Shown: positions 20,001 to 28,321, counted from the first letter of the stretch. The stretch: DNA of 64,000 bases from an uncultured Candidatus Saccharibacteria bacterium (GCA_964642835.1 CAZXQA010000002.1:11875-75874), one strand, 5' to 3'. The notes: generated by a model from the sequence alone, not told the origin. Translations and numbers: made by a program.

Positions 20001-20485
20001 CAAACGCTCTCGATGTACGTGTTGTCCATCGTCTTGTAGGCGTTGTCGTACTCGACCCAGCGACCGACGCGGTCAACATATTTCTTCCACTCATGCGCGT
20101 ATCGCATGACAGAAGCGCGGCACGTTTCGTTAAAGGCTTCGATACCGATCTTGCCTTCGATCTCTGTCTTATCTTTAAGACCGAGCTCTTTCTCGATCAT
20201 GTTCTCGATTGGCAAGCCGTGGCAGTCCCAACCCCAGCGACGACGCACATGGTAGCCTTGCATCGTCTTGTAGCGAGGGATGACGTCTTTAATCACGGAG
20301 GAAAGGAGACTCCCGGCGTGAGGCAACCCCGTCGCGAATGGCGGCCCGTCATAGAAAGTGAATTCCCCTTTCGGCGCCTCTTTCTCGAGACTCTTTTCGA
20401 AAATGTGATTCTCCTGCCAGAACTTCAAAACCGCCTCTTCCTTAAGAGCGCGCTCGGACTTGGGATTGGTGTGGGTGGTATCCAT
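17060..20485 (-). CDS. ileS: Isoleucyl-tRNA synthetase, eukaryote-like type 2, with an in-frame histidine phosphatase (PGM-like) domain insertion
   Basis: FYDGPPFATGLPH...WGWDCHGLPIE, KMSKSKGN, and an editing domain. ATG at 20485 chosen; the ORF track's 20533 is a TTG in the leader. Residues about 507-715 contain an RHGES histidine-phosphatase fold. Confidence 0.9.
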   Translation of the reverse strand: MDTTHTNPKSERALKEEAVLKFWQENHIFEKSLEKEAPKGEFTFYDGPPFATGLPHAGSLLSSVIKDVIPRYKTMQGYHVRRRWGWDCHGLPIENMIEKELGLKDKTEIEGKIGIEAFNETCRASVMRYAHEWKKYVDRVGRWVEYDNAYKTMDNTYIESVWHALKKMDEKGLLYEGKKVLLYCPHCQTPIAKAEVAMDNSYRDVTEESVYVKFKIKAFPDAYFLAWTTTPWTLPGNVALAVGRDIDYVEAKVGKEILVLAKERLSVLTEPYEVVAEHKGSEMIGMEYEPLYEIPAARETGKKGWYVTEADFVTTTDGTGLVHTAVIYGEDDYALGLKNDLPMIQLLDGAGHFNALAPEFIRTQYFKKAEKLVKEDLETRHLLYKREMHTHSYPHCHRCGTALLYNAISSWFLNIQKVKDRMIALNEEVNWFPAHLKHGRFLNIVENAPDWTISRNRYWAAPLPIWKDENGKVTVVGSLDDFKKYAKKSGNRYFAIRHGESLSNAKEIVANTVGHEYDRLSDVGKEQVRKAAAQLAGNNIDVIITSDFVRAKETAEIAADVFGLPKDAVVYDSRIGEINAGIYNGKSYKEYHLGLAEHTKENPLTASVPEGESLTDIRGRVGEFLYDLEKKYQGKNILISTHSTPAWMLTMIGLGQSMGAEHSEWYRPENQSPKVGDFKKFTNAEVRELSFVPLPHNKHFELDLHRPYIDEVELVTEEGKPLKRIPEVIDGWVESASMPFAEYHYPFENEEAFKHHFPGHFVAEYIAQTRTWFYYMHVVAVMLFNKPAFTNVITTGNILAKDGSKMSKSKGNYTDPLILLDTIGADAFRYYLMSSVVMQAEDASFKDEEVKDVHNRLLNILANTFTFYELYADGTPANGEKSPRVLDRWILARLEELLKEVTEALEAYDLVRASRPIKDFVADLSTWYVRRSRDRFKGEDKEDKQHALATSRYVFKELSKIMAPIMPFMAEEIYQKVREDNEPVSVHLTTWTEKKKSLLARFTSEKKPVVLEHMAETRRLVSLALELRSKANIKVRQPLAKLAVKSLQLAAEYQDIIKDEINVKEVVSDPSLVEEVFLDTTLTPALIEEGKVRDVIRSVQEWRKTNNLKPGERAAYTVPAGEEAFFAAHALEIKKAGNIDF

Positions 20486-20722
20486 AGTGTGAAAAATAAA
20501 AACTCGTCGCTGAGCAGAAATAATTCTGCGCAAGGACGAGTTTTCACCCGTGGTACCACCTTGATTTTTACCCGCCTTTGGCGGGGCTTCTCATTCACAG
20601 CTATACCGGGCTTACCCGTCGGGTTCTACACAGCTTTCGCCTTTCTTCCCGAAGCTTGCCCGCCGCTCTTTCTGGCGGGCTTGGGAGTGATTAGTTCCCT
20701 TAACGCGTATGCACCCACTATA
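20486..20722 (-). promoter_or_regulatory. T-box riboswitch leader with intrinsic terminator upstream of ileS
   Basis: Minus-strand RNA contains AUCAAGGUGGUACCACGGG, matching the T-box consensus GGUGGNACCGCG. This is followed by a terminator hairpin (ACUCGUC...GACGAGU, forward 20501..20544) and a U-run. A hairpin resembling stem III (CCCGCC-aaa-GGCGGG) lies just 5' of the T-box. A candidate AUC(A) specifier is at 20689..20691. Confidence 0.75.
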
Positions 20723-22270
20723 TCACATTCGCTCAGGCGCCGGAATACCGAGCACCGTGAGGCCGTTTTTCATTACTTGTTTGAAGGCCTTGGTGACGGC
20801 GAGGTTATGCGCATCTTCTGCAATTCTCTCGTGTGCATAGAAGTTATTAAAGGCTGAGGCTAGTTCGGTGAGATAGGTCACGATGTAGTTCGGCGCGTAT
20901 TCTGCACCGGCGCGCTCAATGATTTCTGGGAATCGGTAAAGCAACTTTTCAATAAGTCGCACGTCTTCTTCCCCTCTCCTTACGTCTAGGAGAGGGGTTG
21001 GGGTGAGGTTTGATTTCTCAATCACTGAACAAGCGCGCGCATAGGCGTACTGGAGATACACCCCCGAGTCACCTTCGGTGGAAACCGATTTCTCGAAGTC
21101 GAAAATAATATCCTGCCCGATCCCTTGGCGAAGGATCATGTACTTCACCGCGGCAATGGCGACCCGCTCATCGCCCTTCACATGTTGCTTCACTTCCTCA
21201 ATGAGAGATTCCGCGGTAATGATATTCCCCGTGCGTGAGCTCATCTTCCCGGTCGGAAGGCGGAGCATGCCGTGCGGGAGGTGCTTGGTCTTTGTAGCGA
21301 GGTCTGGGTAAATCAAACCAAGTGCCGCGAGCATGACGCGGAAGTAATCCTTGATCTCATTCCCGGTTACTACTACTGAGAGATCGTACGGGTAGGTATC
21401 ATATTTGTTCTTCGCGTTCCCTAAGTCCTTCGCCTCATACGTTGGGATACCTTGGGAGTTGATGAAGACGCGAGTGTGAAGAGAGGGATCAACGTTCTCA
21501 CCCTTAAAGACGATGGCACCGTCTGACTCTTCGAAGACCTTCCCCACATTTTCTCTTACAATCTTCTCCCCGATCGGCGCCGTGTCAGATTCGAAGAAGT
21601 AATAATCGAAGTGGCTCCCGAGTCTCTTGTACATCTCTTCAAAGGCCGCGAGACTTACTTGCTTCCCTTTTTCATACACGGTATTTACCTCCGCGTCAGT
21701 GCCTGCGTAAATTGTTTTGTTAAGCGCTTCGATCTCTGCCTTGGCACTCAAGTCTTCCTCATAGGCCTTACTGCCCGCCGCGTAAGCTTCTTTCTCTGGC
21801 ACGCCTTTAAGCATCGCGTATACAGCCTTCGCCACATGCAGACCCTTGTCGCCTTGGTAGTTAGCCTGCTTCACCTCTGCCCCGTTCCACGCGATAATTC
21901 GCGCGATAGTTGAGCCGATAACGTTTGGCATCAGGTGACCGATATGAAATTCCTTAAATGGGTTAGGGTCGGTATGCTCGACCATGACCTTATATCCCTT
22001 CACGTGCGCACCCTTCCCGAACTCATCCCCCTTCTCGATAATCTCTTCCGCGCTATTTTTGAAAAATGTTTTCGAGAGATAGATATTGATAAACCGACCG
22101 CTCGCAAGTTCGAGCTTCTCGATTTCATCCACATGCGCTAGCTCGAGCTTCGCGAGGTCTTCTGCCGCCGTCTTCACGTCCGCGATAATCGTATAATCGC
22201 CATTCTTAATATCCTTGGGGTGCACCAAGGTGATCTTCCGACCTAAAATTGCTTCGAGTTTTTCTTTCAT
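20723..22270 (-). CDS. argS: Arginyl-tRNA synthetase
   Basis: HIGHLMPNVIGSTIARII HIGH region and full-length ArgRS similarity. Confidence 0.92.
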   Translation of the reverse strand: MKEKLEAILGRKITLVHPKDIKNGDYTIIADVKTAAEDLAKLELAHVDEIEKLELASGRFINIYLSKTFFKNSAEEIIEKGDEFGKGAHVKGYKVMVEHTDPNPFKEFHIGHLMPNVIGSTIARIIAWNGAEVKQANYQGDKGLHVAKAVYAMLKGVPEKEAYAAGSKAYEEDLSAKAEIEALNKTIYAGTDAEVNTVYEKGKQVSLAAFEEMYKRLGSHFDYYFFESDTAPIGEKIVRENVGKVFEESDGAIVFKGENVDPSLHTRVFINSQGIPTYEAKDLGNAKNKYDTYPYDLSVVVTGNEIKDYFRVMLAALGLIYPDLATKTKHLPHGMLRLPTGKMSSRTGNIITAESLIEEVKQHVKGDERVAIAAVKYMILRQGIGQDIIFDFEKSVSTEGDSGVYLQYAYARACSVIEKSNLTPTPLLDVRRGEEDVRLIEKLLYRFPEIIERAGAEYAPNYIVTYLTELASAFNNFYAHERIAEDAHNLAVTKAFKQVMKNGLTVLGIPAPERM

Positions 22271-22693
22271 TTATTTTCCCGTACTACCGAACCCTCCTTC
22301 CCCACGAACAGTGTCAGAGAGCTCACTCACTTCTACAATCTCCAGACTCTCCACTTTCTGAATAAGCATCTGCATCACCTTCTCTCCTTGGCGGAAGGTG
22401 TAAGGCTCGGTGCCGAGGTTCAGCACTCCCAGTATAAGCTCTCCGCGGAATCCCGCATCAATGACGCCGCCCAAAACTTTAAGCGAGTGATTCATGGAGA
22501 GCCCGCTCTTGTCCCAGCAGAGCCCCACATAACCCATGGGAATCTCCATCGCCACCCCACTTCGCACGCGGCCAACCTTCCCCGCCTCAATCGTCACCTC
22601 CTCAGCGGCATAGAGATCCATCCCCGCGTCGCCTAAGTGAGCATACGACGGCACCTTCGCCTTAGGGTGGAGTTTTTTCACATTAAGAATCAT
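22271..22693 (-). CDS. dut: dUTP diphosphatase
   Basis: dUTPase motifs (AGMDLYA, GVIDAGFRGEL, RGEGGFGSTG). Confidence 0.92.
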   Translation of the reverse strand: MILNVKKLHPKAKVPSYAHLGDAGMDLYAAEEVTIEAGKVGRVRSGVAMEIPMGYVGLCWDKSGLSMNHSLKVLGGVIDAGFRGELILGVLNLGTEPYTFRQGEKVMQMLIQKVESLEIVEVSELSDTVRGEGGFGSTGK

Positions 22694-22750
22694 GGCCCCA
22701 TCATAACAATTAAGACCGCCTCTTTCGAGGCGGTCTACGTTTAAAGAAGG

Positions 22751-23440
22751 TTACTTCCGCATCTTGTCCGCCATGAGACGGACGCGCTGCGGATCGAGTT
22801 CAGTGTGCGAATGGCTCACCCCTGTCGCCACGAGGAAGAAATCGACGTGATCGAGGAATGGGTCGACGTTCTCCGGAGTAATACCGCTTGCGATAGCAAT
22901 CGGCACGTCAGGAACAGCTTCCCGCATGGTGACTATCTTCTCGAGAGTAGGCGGACTCCCCGTGCGAGGGCCGCTCGTCGTCACAACATCTCCAAAATGA
23001 GACATTGTTTCCGTGACGCGAGACAGATTCTTCGCCGCCCGCTGATACTTGAAATCAACAGGGGCAAATGTGAGCCCTCTGTACCCCAAGGCCTTGAGGG
23101 TGCCGCGGATCTTCATGGGCGTATCGATATTGTCGATGCGCTCCGAACCACCTTCGACACACTCCATGTCATCAAACCAAATCCCCGAAGAATTCCACGC
23201 TTCCGACAGTAGGTCGATCGCCTGCAGAGGATGGATGCCAAGGAAGTTCAGCCCAATGAAGTACTGGGCTCCCATGGTTTGATCCACCTTGGCATACACG
23301 TCGACCAGCGCTTTTGCCGAAATCTCGTGATTGATGAGAAAGACGCCATGGGCTCCCTCTTGAACAGCGATAGCCACATTCTCCAAAACTTGCCGCTTGT
23401 TCACGGCATGCACAACGATAAGCAACTTATTTGTACGCAT
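22751..23440 (-). CDS. BtpA/SgcQ-family TIM-barrel protein
   Basis: C-terminal SGPRTGSPPTLEKIVTMREAVPDVPIAIASGITPENV closely matches the BtpA family signature. Confidence 0.6.
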   Translation of the reverse strand: MRTNKLLIVVHAVNKRQVLENVAIAVQEGAHGVFLINHEISAKALVDVYAKVDQTMGAQYFIGLNFLGIHPLQAIDLLSEAWNSSGIWFDDMECVEGGSERIDNIDTPMKIRGTLKALGYRGLTFAPVDFKYQRAAKNLSRVTETMSHFGDVVTTSGPRTGSPPTLEKIVTMREAVPDVPIAIASGITPENVDPFLDHVDFFLVATGVSHSHTELDPQRVRLMADKMRK

Positions 23441-23477
23441 CAGGTACCCCCTTTTCTAAAGCCAGAATACGGTTCTT

Positions 23478-23508
23478 CATAGATAAAAGCAAAGCCCCCG
23501 CGTACGTG
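23478..23508 (-). terminator. Rho-independent terminator downstream of rplK
   Basis: AAGCCCCCacgtacgcGGGGGCTT hairpin followed by a U-run on the minus strand. Confidence 0.7.
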
Positions 23509-23541
23509 GGGGCTTTGCGAATATAAAACGAGGGGGTGAAA

Positions 23542-23964
23542 TTACTTCACGTCGACACCCATGTTCCGAGCCGTACCAGCGATGATCTTTGCAGCAGCAT
23601 CGAGGTCATTTGCATTGAGGTCAGGCATCTTCTTCTCGGCAATTTCGCGAATCTTCGCCATCGAGAGCGAGCCGATCTTCGAGGTGTTCGGAGTACCGGA
23701 ACCCTTCTCCTTGCCCAAGGCCTTGAGGATAAGAGCGGAAGCCGGTTCGACCTTGTAGGTCATCTTATAGGTGCGGTCTTCGTAGACTTCGACCACGGTC
23801 GGCACGGTCTCGCCGCGACGATCCTTGGTCTCGTCGTTAAAGCGCTTTACGAACTCACCGATGTTAATGCCGGCAGAACCGAGCACAGGACCCAGCTGTT
23901 GACCCGGCACTGCCGCGCCGCCAGGGACCTGAAGCTTCAAGATTTTGGTAACTTTCTTAGCCAT
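23542..23964 (-). CDS. rplK: 50S ribosomal protein L11
   Basis: Full-length L11 similarity (KLQVPGGAAVPGQQLGPVLGSAGINIGEFVKRFN). Confidence 0.95.
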   Translation of the reverse strand: MAKKVTKILKLQVPGGAAVPGQQLGPVLGSAGINIGEFVKRFNDETKDRRGETVPTVVEVYEDRTYKMTYKVEPASALILKALGKEKGSGTPNTSKIGSLSMAKIREIAEKKMPDLNANDLDAAAKIIAGTARNMGVDVK

Positions 23965-23983
23965 ATTAGTGCGTTACAATACC

Positions 23984-24529
23984 TTACGCTTTCTTAACTT
24001 GCAAGAAGTCGAGCTCAACTGGGGTCTCGCGACCGAACATGTTGACCAAGACCTTCACCTTCCCTCTTTCCTCATCGATCTCGGAAACCTTACCCTCCAA
24101 GTCCTTGAACGGGCCATCGACAATAAGGACCGCGTCGTGCTCGGTGAGGTTAATAGTGTGGGTCACCTTGTCCGCGTTCATGCGGGCGAAGAGCGCGTCC
24201 ACTTCCTTCTTCTCGATCGGCACTGGGAAGACACCGGAGCCCACGAAACCCGTCACGCGAGGGGTATTTCTCACGACATACCATGAATCATCGGTCACGA
24301 TCATGTCGACCAAGATGTAGCCCGGGTAGATCTTCTCTTCTTCCTCGACGCGTTTGCCGCCCTTGATCTTCACCTTCTTTTCCGTCGGGACAATCACGTT
24401 GAAGATCTTGTCTTCCATACCCAAGGATTCGATGCGCTGCTTCAAATTGCGCTGGACCGCGTTCTCATAGCCTGCGTAGGTGTGAACGACGTACCAATTC
24501 CTGCCTTCGGAGATTTGCTGTTTGGACAT
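23984..24529 (-). CDS. nusG: Transcription antitermination factor NusG
   Basis: NGN domain (WYVVHTYAGYENAV) and a KOW motif; sits in secE-nusG-rplK synteny. Confidence 0.93.
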   Translation of the reverse strand: MSKQQISEGRNWYVVHTYAGYENAVQRNLKQRIESLGMEDKIFNVIVPTEKKVKIKGGKRVEEEEKIYPGYILVDMIVTDDSWYVVRNTPRVTGFVGSGVFPVPIEKKEVDALFARMNADKVTHTINLTEHDAVLIVDGPFKDLEGKVSEIDEERGKVKVLVNMFGRETPVELDFLQVKKA

Positions 24530-24544
24530 GGGCGTAAGCTAAAC

Positions 24545-24727
24545 TTAAATAATAAATTTCTGAAGAATAAGGGAGAAGAGGTAGTCGAAGAAGCCGAGGA
24601 ATACAGCCGTGAGGATAGAGACCACCACCACGACGGCGGTAAAGGCGGCCGCCTGACGACGGGTTGGCCACGACACGTGAGTAAGCTCGGCGCGCGTATC
24701 CTTGATGTAGTTGATGAACGTGTTCAT
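24545..24727 (-). CDS. secE: Preprotein translocase subunit SecE
   Basis: 60 aa with a single TM helix and a conserved N-terminus (IKDTRAELTHVSWPTRRQ). Confidence 0.88.
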   Translation of the reverse strand: MNTFINYIKDTRAELTHVSWPTRRQAAAFTAVVVVVSILTAVFLGFFDYLFSLILQKFII

Positions 24728-24747
24728 GGGGTGTGACTGGTCTATAA

Positions 24748-24778
24748 AAAAACACCTCGGGGGTGTTCTTTTATATTA
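24748..24778 (-). terminator. Rho-independent terminator downstream of the SIMPL gene
   Basis: AACACCcccgagGGTGTT hairpin followed by TTTTTTTAT on the minus strand. Confidence 0.7.
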
Positions 24779-24803
24779 CTACGAATCGGAGACTCGTGCA
24801 ACC

Positions 24804-25571
24804 TTAACGGATTTCGTACATGACCGAGACGCTCACTTTGGTCTTGTTCTCCCCTGGCACGACGGTGGCAGTCTTGGACTGATCCATGGGAGCAGCGGCC
24901 GAAAGAGCGGCCTCGCGGTAGTACATTGGTTCAGATGGATTGTTGTAGTAGTACCCAACCACCTTTACGAGACGGACGCCGAGCTGCTTCGCGATGACTT
25001 CCGCGCGAGCGCGAGCGTCAGCGATTGCCTTACCCATCGCCTCATCCGCCACCTGCTTCGAATCATCGACGGTGAAGGAGAGCGAGGAAAGGTTGGTTAC
25101 GCCACTCTGACCGGCGGCGGCGAGAGCATCCCCTGCCTTGGCGGTGTCGCGAACCTTAACCGAAACGGAAGTGCTGACCGTATAACCGTCCTGCTTCTGA
25201 GGTGGGCAGTAACCGGCCATGCACGGAGTGTAAACATACTTCGGATAGACGCTGTAGTCGGTCGTCTTGACGTCCTTCTCATCAACACCAAGATTCTTCA
25301 TGGCGGCAAGAGTGGCATCAGTCTTCTTGGTAACGGCTTCCTGAGCGGCGGCAACAGAAGGAGCCTCCGAAGAGATTGTGAAGGAGAAGGTGGCAATATC
25401 AGGCACGGCGATGGCTTCCCCTTCACCCATGACGGTGATCGAGTTATAGCTCAATTCTGGATTCCGCAAGTCTTTCAACTTACCGAGCGTTACCACGGCG
25501 AGGAACACGACGAACGTAACAAGTGCGATACGGCCCCAACGATACATCTGGCTCATGTCTTGTGTTTGCAT
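24804..25571 (-). CDS. SIMPL-domain protein (DUF541/YggE-like), membrane anchored
   Basis: N-terminal TM helix and SIMPL family similarity. Confidence 0.75.
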   Translation of the reverse strand: MQTQDMSQMYRWGRIALVTFVVFLAVVTLGKLKDLRNPELSYNSITVMGEGEAIAVPDIATFSFTISSEAPSVAAAQEAVTKKTDATLAAMKNLGVDEKDVKTTDYSVYPKYVYTPCMAGYCPPQKQDGYTVSTSVSVKVRDTAKAGDALAAAGQSGVTNLSSLSFTVDDSKQVADEAMGKAIADARARAEVIAKQLGVRLVKVVGYYYNNPSEPMYYREAALSAAAPMDQSKTATVVPGENKTKVSVSVMYEIR

Positions 25572-25596
25572 GCGCCTATTTTAGCACAAGCCTCCA

Positions 25597-26262
25597 TTAC
25601 AAATCGATCCGACTGCGCAAGGAACGGCTCTCACCGAAAGCGAGGTTGAACATAAGGATCGTAAAGCTCACCGACAGAAGACCCAACGCAATACCCGCGA
25701 GGATGTCGAGCGTCCAATGAGCACCTAGGTAAAGGCGGGAGAAAGCGGCTAAAAAGACTCCGAGGAAGGAGGTGGCGACGAGGATGATCTTGTTGCGCGT
25801 CGTCTTCACTTTATTGAAAAACGTGTACGAAAGAAGGAAGAAGAATGTCGTCGCAAGCGTTGTGTGCCCCGATGGGAAGCTCCACCCTTCCACGCTGTAG
25901 ATATCAGAAACCGGGCGACTGATCTGCAGCACGTTCTTGAGGACGGTGAGAGAAATGACGGAAACAATGAGCGAAGTGAGTAGGAGCACGGCGTCATATT
26001 TGTCTCGCTTCACAATAAGGACGATCGCGATGACGAAGGCCGCGGAGGCAAAGAGGAACGGATTGCCGATCTTCGTGATCGTCACCATGAGCGTCGTGAG
26101 AAGCGGGGTGCGAACGGCCACCATAGCGCTCTCGATTGCCGTGTTAAGTGGCAGAAGATCGCTACCCGAGAGCAGATCCTCAATAATAATCGCGAGGATA
26201 AGCCCTGAGATCATGTACACAATGAGAAACAAAATATTTTTCGCCCAGATCGGCAGTGACAT
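25597..26262 (-). CDS. PAP2-family phosphatase (phosphatidic acid/undecaprenyl-PP phosphatase-like)
   Basis: PAP2 motifs RP...PSGHT...SRLYLGAHWTLD. Start set at the internal ATG at 26262; the longer 26352 start would overlap mpg. Confidence 0.8.
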   Translation of the reverse strand: MSLPIWAKNILFLIVYMISGLILAIIIEDLLSGSDLLPLNTAIESAMVAVRTPLLTTLMVTITKIGNPFLFASAAFVIAIVLIVKRDKYDAVLLLTSLIVSVISLTVLKNVLQISRPVSDIYSVEGWSFPSGHTTLATTFFFLLSYTFFNKVKTTRNKIILVATSFLGVFLAAFSRLYLGAHWTLDILAGIALGLLSVSFTILMFNLAFGESRSLRSRIDL

Positions 26263-26281
26263 GGTATATAAGTATATCACT

Positions 26282-26803
26282 ATGCTCCCCCATTCATTCT
26301 TCGAAGACAAGACCCTCCAGGTAGCCAGGAAGCTTCTCGGCAAAACCCTCACGCGCCGTCTGGACGGGAAGCATATCCGTATGACGATTACCGAGACGGA
26401 AGCCTACGTGGGGCCTAAAGATTTGGCCTGCCACACCTCACACGGACGCACCAAGCGCAACGACCCCATGTACGGCCCGGCTGGTACGATCTACGTCTAC
26501 TTCACCTACGGCATGCACTGGATGCTCAACATTGTGACCGAGGGTGGCAAGGGCACGGCGATTCTTATCCGCGCCACCGAAGACGTGAAGGGTCCTGCCC
26601 GTCTGACAAAGGCCCTGCGAATCGACAAAAATCTAAATGGGAAAATGTTGGGTAAGAAATCTGGATTGTGGGTTGAAGAGAATCCCCACTCCAAGCGGCA
26701 AGCTAAAGGCTACAAACTCATCCGCACTCCGCGCATCGGCGTTACATATGCAAAGGAAGGTTGGGCCGAGAAGCCGTACCGGTTTGTGTTGAAAGAGAAA
26801 TAA
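26282..26803 (+). CDS. mpg: DNA-3-methyladenine glycosylase (Mpg/AAG family)
   Basis: MLPHSFFEDKTLQVARKLLGK...ETEAYVGPKDLACHTSHGRTKRN...GTIYVYFTYGMHWMLN match Mpg over the full length. The true start at 26282 lies inside the longer ORF 25937..26803. Confidence 0.88.
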   Translation: MLPHSFFEDKTLQVARKLLGKTLTRRLDGKHIRMTITETEAYVGPKDLACHTSHGRTKRNDPMYGPAGTIYVYFTYGMHWMLNIVTEGGKGTAILIRATEDVKGPARLTKALRIDKNLNGKMLGKKSGLWVEENPHSKRQAKGYKLIRTPRIGVTYAKEGWAEKPYRFVLKEK

Positions 26804-26805
26804 AA

Positions 26806-26836
26806 AAAGGCCGTCGCTTTGTGCAACGGCCCGAAT
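26806..26836 (-). terminator. Rho-independent terminator, minus-strand orientation
   Basis: GGCCGTtgcacaaagcgACGGCC hairpin followed by TTTTTTT on the minus strand. It is about 260 nt downstream of the rarA stop. Confidence 0.65.
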
Positions 26837-27095
26837 TGGGGGGGGGAAATTTGTCAGAGCGGCTCACGTTTCGCTCTCAAGCCTTTTGGCTACCCTCAAA
26901 AGAATGGGTGCAGATGGTTCCTTTTGGATCCCTGCACTGAATAAATTGTACGAGTGTGAGCCACCCGCCAACCCAAGAGGAATTCCACCTCTTGTAAACT
27001 CATGAGAGGACCATACATGGCCACTTCAGGGAGGTTCCCTGCTCACGAATATCTACACTGATACTAGCATACTCCGTTGCTATTGTCAAGGGACA

Positions 27096-28262
27096 TTATG
27101 CCTCCCCATTTTTACCCTTATTTTGAGGCTTTTTCTGCCAATACGTCTTCCCTTTCAACTTCTCGGGCAATAAATCTTCCCTGGTATATTTCTCGTAGCC
27201 TTTGTGATAGCCCAAATCTTTCATAAGTTTGGTCGGGGCGTTTCTGATCGACAGAGGGATCGGCAGATTCCCCTGCGTGCGGGCGTCTTCCATGGCCGCG
27301 AGATACGCGTAGTAGGCAGCTTTGGATTTGGGCGCGAGCGAGAGATAGATGACACCGTGCGAGAGGTTGATCCCGGCTTCGGGGTAGCCAATCGTCTCGA
27401 CCGCGCGGAAGACGGCATTCGCGAGCGGCAAAGCATGCGGATCTTCCATGCCGATATCCTCACTCGCGAAGATCACCATGCGTCGGGCGATAAATTTCGG
27501 TTCTTCCCCACTCTCAATCATGCGCGCGAGATAATAGAGAGCCGCGTCGGGTTGCGAAGCGCGCATACTCTTTATGAAAGCGGAGATGGTGTTGTAATGT
27601 TCATCTCCTTTTTTATCAAATCTAAGCCGAACATCGCCAAGCGTTTGCTCCACGCTCTTCACCGTCACTTCTCCATAGAGCTTCCGCGCATTCTCCACCA
27701 AGGCGAGGGCTTGGCGCGCGTCGCCGTTCGCGACGCGCGCGATGTACTCTCGCGTCTCCGCGGCCATCTTTACCTCCGCGCGGGAAATAATTTCTCCGAT
27801 TTCCTTCTCCGAGAGCTCGCGAAGCACGAAGACTCTCATGCGCGAGAGAAGCGCGGGAATCACTTCAAATGACGGATTCTCGGTCGTCGCACCGATAAGG
27901 GTAAGTGCGCCGCTTTCGACATACGGAAGGAGGAAATCCTGCTGCGCTTTGTTGAAGCGATGGATTTCATCGAGGAACAAAATTTTCGGCCCGAAGAGCG
28001 CTCCGCTTTTCTCGATAATATTTCTAATATCCTCCTTCCCCGCCGAGACCGCGGAGAGTTCGTGATAATCCGCGTTAAGTGACTTCGCATAGATGCGGGC
28101 GAGAGTTGTCTTGCCCGTACCGGGCGGACCCCAGAGCACGAAGGAGAAGAGATGCTTCTCCTCGATCGCCACGCGCAGGGGCTTCCCTTCGCCCACCAGC
28201 TCCTGCTGCCCCACGTATTGAGCGAGTGACTTCGGCCTCATTGTATTCGCGAGCGGTTCCAT
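27096..28262 (-). CDS. rarA: Replication-associated recombination protein A (RarA/MgsA AAA+ ATPase)
   Basis: GPPGTGKTTLA Walker A, LFLDEIHRFNK, and C-terminal MgsA helical domains. Confidence 0.9.
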   Translation of the reverse strand: MEPLANTMRPKSLAQYVGQQELVGEGKPLRVAIEEKHLFSFVLWGPPGTGKTTLARIYAKSLNADYHELSAVSAGKEDIRNIIEKSGALFGPKILFLDEIHRFNKAQQDFLLPYVESGALTLIGATTENPSFEVIPALLSRMRVFVLRELSEKEIGEIISRAEVKMAAETREYIARVANGDARQALALVENARKLYGEVTVKSVEQTLGDVRLRFDKKGDEHYNTISAFIKSMRASQPDAALYYLARMIESGEEPKFIARRMVIFASEDIGMEDPHALPLANAVFRAVETIGYPEAGINLSHGVIYLSLAPKSKAAYYAYLAAMEDARTQGNLPIPLSIRNAPTKLMKDLGYHKGYEKYTREDLLPEKLKGKTYWQKKPQNKGKNGEA

Positions 28263-28321
28263 GTCGGTATTCTACTCTTAAGACGTCTTAGCCTCTATCC
28301 CTTACTCAATAACCAACCACC

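Noticed and set aside
20486-20533. ileS start at 20533 as given in the ORF track
   Set aside because: Codon 20531..20533 is TTG, inside the T-box terminator hairpin. The first ATG (20485) follows the terminator and matches the IleRS N-terminus (MDTTHTNPKSERALKEE...).
25937-26803. 288-aa ORF spanning antisense PAP2 sequence and mpg
   Set aside because: Only the C-terminal 174 aa (from the ATG at 26282) match Mpg. The upstream part is antisense to the PAP2 gene.
26841-26849. G9 homopolymer as a phase-variation switch
   Set aside because: It is not inside or immediately upstream of a coding region, so there is no obvious gene to switch. It is kept only as part of the ncRNA-candidate finding.
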